Assembly (NCBI RefSeq): GCF_006345805.1
Contig: NC_043009.1
Location: 20,832,001 to 20,896,000 of the forward strand
Length of the DNA stretch: 64,000 bases
Source: Octopus sinensis
Lineage: Eukaryota
Direction: 5' to 3'
The translations under genes were made by a program, and so were the position numbers. Below are positions 24,440 to 35,151 of the stretch, piece by piece. A model generated the notes under the pieces. The model did no database searches and was not told the origin of the DNA. It saw only the letters and a program-made list of their open reading frames with translations. Positions within the stretch are counted from its first letter, which is position 1; the number at the start of each line of letters is the position of its first letter.

Positions 24440-24770
24440 TATGTGTGTGTGTGTGTTCTATATATAAATATGTATATATAATGTATGTGTGTGTGTGTGT
24501 GTGTTCTATATATAAATATGTATATATAATGTATGTGTGTGTGTGTTCTATATATAAATATGTATATATAATGTATGTGTGTGTGTGTGTTCTATATATA
24601 AATATGTATATATAATGTATGTGTGTGTGTGTTCTATATATAAATATGTATATATAATGTATGTGTGTGTGTGTGTGTGTGTTCTATATATAAATATGTA
24701 TATATAATGTATGTGTGTGTGTGTGTGTGTTCTATATATAAATATGTATATATAATGTATATATACAAAG
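24440..24770. repeat. Compound minisatellite (GT)n-TCTATATATAAATATGTATATATAATGTAT, about 8 units
   Basis: Directly visible; unit length varies with the GT run. Confidence 0.9.
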
Positions 24771-24909
24771 TGTATGTATCTGTATTTATGTATATTAAAC
24801 TTTTTCATACTTTTTCATAGTTATATATATTTTTAAACAAATTATAAATGTAATTTAATAATTTTTATTTTCAATTTAAATAATTTAAAGTTTTCAATTT
24901 TATATTTTA

Positions 24910-25311
24910 CTAGCAGTATCGCCCGGCGTTGCTCGGGTTTGTAAGGGAAATAACTATATAAGCATTTTTAGTGAGTTATAGCAAAAAAAATAGCAAAAAA
25001 TGCATTAAAAATGGAATAAAAAATGATAGTAATTTTTTTTTAAATCGTTGACTCATCGTATACATTTTTAGAGAGTTACTTCCCTTATATAATAGCGAAA
25101 AATGCATTAAAATGGAATAAAAAATGATGGTAATTTTTTTTTAAATCGTAGACTCATCGTAGACGCATGCTAATACCCAGAAGGGCTCGATATGAATCAC
25201 GACTATAAGATACCCGGTTTTGGTTACACTGCACCGCAAAATGTGGGAGTAGTTAGGAATCTAAATCGAAGGGGACAGACACTCAAACAACTACAGTTTT
25301 ATATATATAGA
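24910..25311 (-). mobile_element. Non-autonomous Helitron
   Basis: Minus strand 5' A|TCTATATATATAAAA, 3' hairpin CCCGAGCAACGCCGGG then CTAG|T. Confidence 0.9.
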
Positions 25312-26293
25312 TATATTTTCTATGTTATATTTTCTTTTTTTATGTTTTTGTTTTTGGTTTTTCACTGTTTGATTTGCCTATTAGTGGTTTTATCTCTAAT
25401 TTAATTTATACAGATATATATCTCATTTGTATACATTTGTATATATAATGCGTGCACACACACACACACATATATATATATACACATATATATATATAAT
25501 GTGTGCATTACGTAGTCGGTCGATTCAGCTGAAAATATGCACACCTATGTTAAAGGTGCTGACAAGTTTGCATGACAACTATTTTGTTCCTCAAATGAAA
25601 GGCGTCACCTCTAGGACAAAATTCCTCATCTTATAAAATGTGGAACCAGTAGACCCGAATGAAATCGGGTTATATTAACCAACATGTGAAAAGGGGTCTA
25701 AATGGGGCTGGAAGGGGATTAAAATTTCAAGGAGCGGGTGTTTAGGAATTCTCTGTTACATCAAGCCTTTTAATCGTTAATGTGTTGCCGTCCATGATAA
25801 AGAAGTTTTGAATGCTTGCAATGGTGAGTCTACTGTCGTGAGAAAGAATCACTTCAAAACTTGGTGTTTACGAATTTTCTTTTACATCAAGTTCAAAATT
25901 TTACGCCAGCCGTTAAACTGTCACTACGTTGCTGTCCGTCGTTAACAAATGCCAGCCATGGTGACTCTACTATCCTCAGATTCTATTCCTTCAAACTTTG
26001 GTTTCCAATATTTTATTATTTTTATTCAGCTCGCAAGTTCGTCTGTCCCTTTTAAATGTTAGCGTTTTGCTGTCTGCCTTGAAGCAGACCTTTCCATTGC
26101 CACTACCTCATATTTCTGATTGATCTTTCTAAATATTTTATTTCTCAACTTACTCAAGATCTTCTGTTGTTTATAAATGGGAGAGAGATAGATAAAGATA
26201 GAGAGTAAGAGAAAGCGAGGGAGAGTCCGAGAGAAAAGAAAAGTAAGAGAGTGGGAAAGTGAGAGAGAAAGGAGAGAGAAACAAATACGGAGA

Positions 26294-26605
26294 ATCATCA
26301 TCATCATCATCGTTTAACGTCCGTTTTCCGTGCTAGCACGGGTTGGGCAGTGTGACCGGGGTCTCGGAAGCCAGGAGGCTGCACCAGGCTCCAGTCTGAT
26401 CTGGCAGTGTTTCTACAGGTGGATGACCTTCCTAACGCCAACCACTCTGTGAGTGTAGTGAGTGCTTTTTTCGTGCCGCCAGCACTGGTGCCAGGGGGGC
26501 TCGCAGTGGCAACGATCGGTTGGTGCTTTTTACGTGCCACCGGCACAGAAGCAAGTCAAGGCGGTGCTGCAATCGGCCACGTTCGGATGGTGCTTTTTAC
26601 GTGCC
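26294..26605 (-). mobile_element. RTE 3' UTR fragment with (GAT)n tail
   Basis: Same family as 1756-2086 and 47541-47800. Confidence 0.75.
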
Positions 26606-26606
26606 G

Positions 26607-26672
26607 AAAGGAAGCAACTGAAAGTAACACCCACACTCTTACCCGCGCGTAGAGCGGGTCACCTTCAGCTAG
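26607..26672 (+). mobile_element. Isolated Helitron-type 3' terminus (different family)
   Basis: Hairpin ACCCGC-GCGTAGA-GCGGGT, 9 nt spacer, CTAG (26669-26672). Confidence 0.65.
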
Positions 26673-27024
26673 TCTTTATATATAAAAGTGAGGTTGTGTG
26701 CTATGTGTCTCCTACGATTTAGATTCCTAACTACTCCCACATTTTGCGGTGCAGTTTAACCGAAACCGGGTATCTTATAGTCGTGATTCATATCGAGCCC
26801 TACGATGCGTCTACGATTTAAAGAAAAATTTACCATCAATTTCCCCCATTTTTAACGCATTTTTGGCATAAGGGAAATGTATTATTAAATCTCAGAGAAC
26901 GTAAAAAGCTACAGTAACCCCACCTCCTTTGTGGTTAACCATATTGAGATGGCTTTACATCTCTAAAAATGCTTATATAGTTATTTCCCTTACAAACCCG
27001 AGCAACGCCGGGCGATACTGCTAG
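26673..27024 (+). mobile_element. Non-autonomous Helitron, related to 24910-25311
   Basis: 5' TCTTTATATATAAAAG; the 3' ~50 bp, including hairpin and CTAG, matches the other copy. Confidence 0.9.
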
Positions 27025-27036
27025 TCTATATATATA

Positions 27037-29955
27037 TGATTGATTGATTGATTGATTGATTGATTCTAGTTTCAGCTCATGAGCTGTGGCCATGCTGGGG
27101 CACCGCCATTTGGTGTTGCTACATGGTTTTACTTCACGAAAGCTTTTTAGCAACTGCCATTTGGTGCATGAGAGAGTTCGATGCAGCTGCCCTCATCTGC
27201 ACCTCCTGCCGTGAAGTTGGTTCATCTGGGATACCTGACAGGAAGAGATCCAGTTTCATTTTAAAGACATCTGCATCCACCCCATGCAGGTCTCTTAGGT
27301 TCTTCGGGAGGATATTGAAGAGCTGTGGGCCTCGGAAGCCCAGGCTATCACAGTATCTTGTCCTACATCTTGATGGCAAATTTGGAGTCCTAGGCACCAC
27401 GCAGTGGCGCCCAGTTCTGGCATTTGTGTAACTCTCGATGCCAAAGTTTGGGACAAGTCCCTCCAGGATCTTCCAGATGTATATTATGGCATATCTTTCT
27501 CGCCTACGCTCCAAGGAATAGAGTTTTAATCTCTTGAGTCTTTCCCAGTAGCTTATATTCTGCATAGAGGCTATCTTCTTCGTGTAGCTACGTTGGATCG
27601 CCTCAAGTTCTGTGATCAACTTGACACTGGATGGTGACCATAACTGAGAGCAATAGTCAAAGTGGCTTAGGACAAGTGTCCTCCAGAGGACCATCATGGT
27701 TTCTTGTTCTCTTGTTCTAAAGGTTCTGAGAATCCATCCGGCCAGTCGTCTACATTTCATTGCCAATTTAGCAACATGTACACGAAGGGTTGCGTCATCA
27801 CTCATGTAAATACCCAGGTCACGCACTGATTGTGCCTCTGGGATTGCAATTCCTCCGGGTCCAGTGTATTCATTGGGTATTGCATTTAGTTTTGCATGCT
27901 GATAGTATAAAGCTTGAAACTTTTCAGCATTGAACTGCATGCTATTCTTTTCGGCCCACTTGTATATTTTGTCCAGCTCATATTGCAGGCGTTTAGTGTC
28001 CTCAGGGTTCTGTATTGCCTGTGAAACTTTTGTATCATCTGCATAACTTGTGATCGTGGCTCTCTTACATCGTCTTCCTTTATATCGATGTAATTTATCG
28101 TCGCCGCCTCTGCTTTTATATCTGCAGTGGTAAAGAAGTCAGTTGGATTGGTGATTTGGAAATGCCCAAGGGGTGGAGTGAAAACACTCTTGAATTGTTC
28201 ATTCAGTATTTCACTTACCCTCATTGGTTTTCCTGTGAGTGTGCCATCCTTGTCAAGGAGTGGCCCTATCCTACAGCGCACCGTAGCTGTTTCTTTGGCA
28301 TACCTGTAGAAAGCTCTGGGGTTAGATTTTATGTTGTCTATAGCCCAGGCTTCTTTGTCTGCTCTTTCCTTTTCATGGGAGAGTTGCAGACATTTTTCAA
28401 TTTCCAACAGTTTTATTTTCAGGCGGGACTTTTCACTGCTTTCAATCTGTTTGTTTAGGCGATTTGAAATTTTTGTACGCCGTCTCATTAAATTTTTTCT
28501 CTCTCTGGGGATTTTGTTCTTGTGTACAGTGGCCTTTCTCTCTGGGACACATTTGTAGCATATGGCTTGCATTACAGACATGAATTGTTGAAGTTTCACG
28601 TCGATGTCCGGCGAGGAGAGACATTCAGGCCAGTTTTGTTTGAGGATCTCTTTCTCAATTTGTTTCCAGTTTGCCTTACGGTAGTTCAAGCTGGAAAGAT
28701 TCTGAGGGTTTCTTGTAGGCTGCATGTCCGTGCTCTCTTTTGGCCCGTACATGGTCAGCTCTACCATGTTGTGATCCGAGAGTAGTGTCGGTGTCACTTT
28801 CACATTATGGATGAGATCCATATTATTTGTGAAACAGAGATCCAGTGTGTTACTTGCCCTGGTTGGTTGGAGTATTACTTGCTCCATGTACAGGGTGTTG
28901 ATGAGGTTCAGGAGGGACCTCGCCTGTCCTCGTTCACATCTTGTCATTCCTGGGAGAGAAAGGCCCTCGGGCCATCTGACATTGGGTAGATTTAAGTCTC
29001 CCATAAGAAGTACACTTATGTGTTGTTCTAATGTGATTAGAACTTCTATTTTTATAAGGCAGTCTTCAAACTTGCCTACATGGCTTGGGGCATCTGGAGG
29101 GCGATATGTAGCACACACAACTACATCAAGTTGCCTTATATGTACAATTAGTGTGTCACACACCGAGTTTGAGTATGACAAAAGGACCTGGGGTGTGAGG
29201 TCCTCACGGATGTACATAGCAACTCCTCCATGACTCCTTTCTTTTCTGTCGGTCCGTAGTACAACATACTGTGGTATGTGTAATTCCGCATCTGCTATGT
29301 CCGGTTTCAGGTGCGTTTCCGTAAGTGCTATGCATAAGGCTTGATTGCATGCAACAAAGTCTCTCAAGAACGGGATTTTTGTCCTGTTGCTGAGTGTTTG
29401 CAGTCCTCTGATGTTCAGTAGGAGCATCGAGGTGAGGTGTATGTTGTTGCCGGCGGTGTCCATCTTTTGTCTGTTTGCTGTGGTGGTCTTGTATATTGTG
29501 GGTAGTCCCACCTGCGAGCTTGGGTTTGATGAAGCCAGGTTAGCTGCTGTACAATCTTTTGTGCCATGCACAAAAAAGATTCTTGCTCAGCAGCTGCCCT
29601 TTCAACAACATCATGTTGGCGGTTTGTGGCACGCACCACATCTGCGTACCTCCGTTTTGGGGCAGGTGGTGCGTGGTGCATCCCTTTTCCTTTTGTTGAT
29701 GGTTTGTTTCTTATCTGTTTCGTGTCTCTGCGGCAGGGTCCCCGATGTGAAAAGCGGCAGCCTGCACCTTCCTCTCCATGCCAGCAGGTACCTCTCAGGT
29801 AGAACCTACACACCCGTGTGCGCTGTTTGTTTCCATCCTTTGTGGTTCCACTTCTATCCTGGCTGTTTCACCCTTTGGTCCTGCTTGAGCTTTTCCTTTA
29901 GTTCTTTTAGTTCTTCCTCCCTCTATTTCTTCCTTGGGTTCTTCATCTCCATTCA
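27037..29955 (-). mobile_element. CR1-like LINE family B, copy 1 (partial ORF1, ORF2 with RT-core deletion, (TCAA)n tail)
   Basis: LLNIRGL, ALTETH and LMGDLN (AP endonuclease); YADD; LERRRERY; CCCH finger in ORF1; tandem-repeat tail at 27037-27065. Confidence 0.92.
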
Positions 29956-30329
29956 GACGGTTTCTGTTGCGCTCCTGCGACCGGGTGTTGAGGTTTATTG
30001 CTCGGATCCTCTACGGTTGATCGTGGGTATTTTCCGAGCCCCCTCCCCACGCCCCCGTTTGTCAGCGCGCATTTTTTCTCGATATTTGTTGTATACACAT
30101 TGCATGAGAAGTATTTAGACGGTTTCTGTTGCGCTCCTGCGACCGGGCGTTGAGGTTTATTGCTCGGATCCTCTACGGTTGATCGTGGGAATTTTCCGAG
30201 CCCCCTCCCCCCCGTTTCTCAGCGCGCTTTGTTTTCGTCATATTCCTTCAATATACGATGCCTTACACCTGTTACACATATTTTTTTCCATTTTTGCCAC
30301 CTGGGCGTGGATCTATATATTAACCCATT
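29955..30329 (-). repeat. Satellite-type arm with 162-bp units and GGGTTAATATA terminus
   Basis: Reverse complement of 21357-21640; its outer unit and terminus resemble the arms at 21973 and 23894. Confidence 0.85.
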
Positions 30330-30444
30330 TGGGTTTACAAACTGTCTCCGTGTCCACATGGATCATAACTGATCATATGCACAAATCCTTTTGTATATAC
30401 ACACACAATATTTAAGAAAAAAAGGAATATACACAAAAAAGAAC

Positions 30445-31381
30445 GGCATAGTTTCGGTTGTAGTAGCACAGATTTCCGTCGATTTCCGTAAAAAACTTTT
30501 ATTTTTTTACATAAGTAATGAGAGCGAAAGAGACTAAGAGGAAGCGATTTTACGACGAGAAGGTTTCACTTTGAAGTCGGCCTGTGTGTGTTTGATGGGG
30601 GTGTGGGAGACAGACAGTATGTTGTGTAAGTGAAGTGCTTCTGTTAGTGTGCGAAGAGACAGACATACATATACACATACACCGAGTAAAAAATTACGAT
30701 GAATCGGCCAAACATACATACATACACACACACACATACATAGATACATACACACACCACATACATATATACACACACACATACTTACACACACACACAC
30801 ACATAGATACATACACACACACACACACATGCAGACATACATATACACATACACCGAGTAAAAAATTACACTGAATCGACCATACATACATACACACATA
30901 CATACATACACACACACACATACACAGATACATACACACACATACATGCAGACATACATATACACATACACCGAGTAAAAAATTACGATGAATCGGCCAT
31001 ACATACATACACACACACATACTTACACACACACACATACATAGATACATACACACACACACACATACATGCATACATACATATACACATACACCGAGTA
31101 AAAAATCAGTTATCTCTCTCTTTCACACATTACTCTCTCTGTCTCTTCGCACACTAACAGAAGCACTTCACTTACACAACATACTGTCTCCCACACCCCA
31201 TCAAACACACACACACACATGTACATCAATGCTTCCCCTAGACGGTAACTTCAAAGACAAACTTCCCTCGTCATAAAATTGCTTCCTCTTAGTCTCTTTC
31301 GCTCTCATTACTTATGTAAAAAAATAAAAGTTTTTTACGGAAATCGACGGAAATCTGAGCTACGACATGCGAAACTTCGCC
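30445..31381. mobile_element. MITE with ~220-bp TIRs and a CA-rich tandem core
   Basis: GGC..GCC termini, inverted arms, 8-bp TSD AAAAGAAC (30437-30444 and 31382-31389), four CCGAGTAAAAAAT-anchored internal units. Confidence 0.85.
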
Positions 31382-32967
31382 AAAAGAACGTAACATGTGT
31401 ATATACACACACAATATTTAAGAACAAAAGGAATATACACAAAAAAAAAGAACGAAACAAAAACAAATATTTTACTTTTATCGTAATGTTGTTTACATTA
31501 TCTGTCTCTACGGATGAGCAGAAGCAACAGAATCGCCGTGGTGGAATCCATAGTGGAGTGCGATAAGACTGGTCGCTGCTCCAAAATAGAACACTGCCCA
31601 GAAAGTCACACCTGCCACATCTGTACGGAACCCGAAAATACGTTCCGTAATCGCTGGGTCGAATGTGGGACATGTCTTATCTCTGTCTGCCTCCAATGGG
31701 CCACAGACTTTCAGAAGATCCCAGGCCAAAAAAAGAGCCATTATAATGCTATGATGGATGGACTCTGGAAGATGGTCCAGCTTAAATCTTGGTCTTTTCA
31801 GTGTCAGGCCTGCGTGCCTCCACAACCGACGATTGTGTCTCCCCCTGTCACTCCCGTAGAGGAGGCGGAACAGCAACATCAACAACAACAGCAGCAACAA
31901 CAAAATCAACCACAACTAGAGCAGCAGCAGCAACAACAACAACAGCAGCAACAGCAACAACAACAGCAGCAACAACAAAATCAACCACAACTAGACAGCA
32001 GCAGCATCAACAACACCAATTGACCAGTGCGGTTCTTGCAGAACTGCAACAATCGATTTGTGTTTAAGAGGGGAAGTAGCAGGAATAAAAGCAAGCATTC
32101 AGGTAGGACTCCACAATGACGGATCTTATTGGAATGCTCTGCTAAAGAACCTCCCTGTACCTCTTGCCGCATCTAAAAACACTGAGAAGACCGCGGATTC
32201 TGCTACCCACGAAGTTATTGCCATTGGGGTACCAGAAGACATGCCCGATCTTCAGGCATTTGCTGCCAACTCAGCCAAAGACCTAAGCTGCGTTCCCCCA
32301 ACGGGTGCTCTCCGCCTTGGACGACCTGGCCCAAAACCCAGGCTCATCAAGCTGTCTTTTTCAGACCACGCTGAGGCAACCTCATACCATCTAGCCTCAG
32401 TTAAAGCCGGGCGTGAAAATCGGACTACCTTCCGAACACGCCCAGGCTTACCACCCGATGCACGTCCGAAGCTACGTGCAGCAGCTTCCCTGAACCGGAA
32501 CTCAGCGCTGCAAGAAAGTTTCAGTCTTCGTGAGGATGGACAAATCTGGAGATTTGTTAAGACTGGTGAAACGTGGAAGAGAGATACCCACAATAACCGA
32601 AAATGGAAAAAAACCCACAGCAACTCTGGGAAACTAAACCAGAACAACATGCCATCCTCTACACACCATCATAAACTGCAAGCAGGGTACGAATTGTTGT
32701 CCTTAAACGCTCGCAGTTTATGCAACAAAATACATCTCTTCAACTCCTACGTCAGAAGTATTGACCCTGACTTCATCACAATCACGGAAACATGGGCACA
32801 TTCCTTACTCTGTGATGGGGTTTTCAACATTACTGGGTACAACCTTTTCCGCAAGGACCGCATTAACCGCCGTGGTGGTGGTGTGATGGTCTACGCTCGT
32901 TCAAATTTTTCGGTAATTCCTTGTACTGATTTGAACGAATCACAAGAAGAAGTTTTTTTCTGTGACA

Positions 32968-33380
32968 GGCGTAGGAGTGGCTGTGTGGTAAGTAGCTTGC
33001 TTACCAACCACATGGTTCCGGGTTCAGTCCCACTACGTGGCACCTTGGGCAAGTGTCTTCTACTATAGCCCCGGGCCGACCAAAGCCTTGTGAGTGGATT
33101 TGGTAGACGGAAACTGAAAGAAGCCCGTCGTATATATGTATATATATATATATATGTATGCGTGTGTGTGTTTGTGTAGTCTGTGTTTGTCCCCATAGCA
33201 TTGCTTGACAACCGATGCTGGTGTGTTTATGTCCCCGTCACTTAGCGGTTCAGCAAAGACCGATAGAATAAGTACTAGGCTTACAAAGATTAAGTCCCGG
33301 GGTCGATTTGCTCGATTAAAGGCGGTGCTCCAGCATGGCCGCAGTCAAATGACTGAAACAAGTAAAAGAGTAAAAGAGAG
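32968..33380 (+). mobile_element. Full-length SINE family 1 inserted in the LINE endonuclease domain
   Basis: A box TGGCTGTGTGG, B box GGTTCAGTCCC, central TA/TG tract, (AGTAAAAG) tail; LINE coding sequence resumes after it. Confidence 0.9.
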
Positions 33381-35151
33381 TATGATCATATCAACACTCC
33401 TGCTTGGCGTTGTTTATCGTCCCCCAAATTACCATCAAGACACACAGCTTTGCGATATCCTCCGAGCTGCTGCCAGGAAAACAGCCACTTATGTTTTTAT
33501 TGCAGGCGACTTCAATCATCCTGAGATCAATTGGGAAACCTTCCACTAGCCACAGAGTGCAAACGATTTCTTTGAGCTTGTACTGGACTCAAACTGGTCA
33601 CAAGTAGTCACCTCTCCAACAAGAGGCGACAACACCTTGGACCTTCTCTTCACCACAACTCTTGAAGCGGTTATCAATTGTACTACGGAGGAACCTCTAG
33701 GCGACTCTGATCATGCTATGATCATCGCCAATCTGGCTCTTGCGGGCAACAATAAAAACCTGAACCATCTCCAATCTGCTTCCTTCGATTGGAAGAGAGC
33801 AGATTGGAACCTGTACCACACTGAATTACAGCACCCAAACTGGCATGAATTCTACAACTCTGGAGATGTGAATACTATACTCCAGAGTATCCTGGACTCA
33901 ATATGGGCAGCATGTGCAGCATCAGTGCCACGTAAACAGAAAAATAAGAACCGCCCCAAAAGTGCAATTTGGGAAACTTCAGCGGTCCGACTTGCCAGGA
34001 AGGAACGTCGGACTGCTGAACGGGAATACAAGCTGCATAAATCAGACACCAACAGGAAAAAGCGGAATAAATCTTCCAACCATCACAAGCAAGTGACAAA
34101 AAAAGCAGTGCTTGAATTTGAACAGTGCATAGCAGCCAATCCTGACAGCAAGGTTTTCTGGAAATATGTGCATTCGAAGCTGAGACCTCACTCTTCAGTG
34201 GGCCCTCTTCGCAACCCTCACACAAGCCAGATCATTGACCATCCCAAGGAATGCGCAGAACTCATTGCCGAGTGCTATGCAAGCATATTCACTGTTGAAA
34301 ATCAAAATGTACCATCTTCACCATCTCTAACAGCAAATTCCATAACAACTATGGAATTTACACCTGCAATGCTGCGACGTCACCTTCAAAATAAGCGCAA
34401 CTATGCCTCCCCTGGTCTTGATGGAGTTACATACCTGCTTCTCAAACGTGGCAGGTACTTCCTTTTACACCAGCTTTCTATTTTTTTCCAGTACTGTCTC
34501 AACAATGGTGCTACTCCGGAGCAGTGGAAAACCGCCAGTGTCATTCCTCTGTTCAAAAAGGGCGACCGCACATCACCTGTCAACTATCGCCCAGTCAGTC
34601 TCACTAGCTGTATTGCAAAACTGATAGAATCGGGTGTCAGAGAAACACTTTGGAACTTCTGGAGCTCTTACAGTCTCATCCGACCCTCACAATATGGATT
34701 TGTCCCTAACTCCAGCTGCAGTGATCAGCTTGTCGAGTTCCTTGAGGACATAACTCAGATCACTGACAGTGGCTCATGGGTGGATGTTGTCTACCTTGAC
34801 TTTGCTAAGGCTTTTAATTCTGTGCCACAAAAAAGGCTTATGGTGAAACTCTCTGCAATGGGTGTGAGGGATGATATTTTTAACTGGTTGAAATCCTTCA
34901 TTCTCAGCCGAAAGGAGGTAGTCACAGTTCTAGGACAGCATTCTACACCATATGAGATGTCATCGGGTTACCACAGGGATCTGTTCTTGGTCCCCTCTTG
35001 TTTGTGGCATACATTAATGACATAGTTGCCAATTTAAAGAATGCCACAGTATTGAAATATGCAGACGACATCAAGCTGTACCTTGAAATCAAGAGGACAG
35101 ATCCTGATGTCTACAACTCTTTCCTGCAATCAGACCTGGACACAATGCAGC

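Noticed and set aside
24367-24808. ORFs rich in V/C/Y or H/T/I in the track (also 8353-8768, 30534-31074)
   Set aside because: These are translations of GT/CA/TA microsatellites.
21357-31100. CRISPR-like or protein-coding repeat arrays
   Set aside because: Units are contiguous tandem repeats without unique spacers, in eukaryotic DNA with no cas genes. The ORFs are low-complexity by-products.
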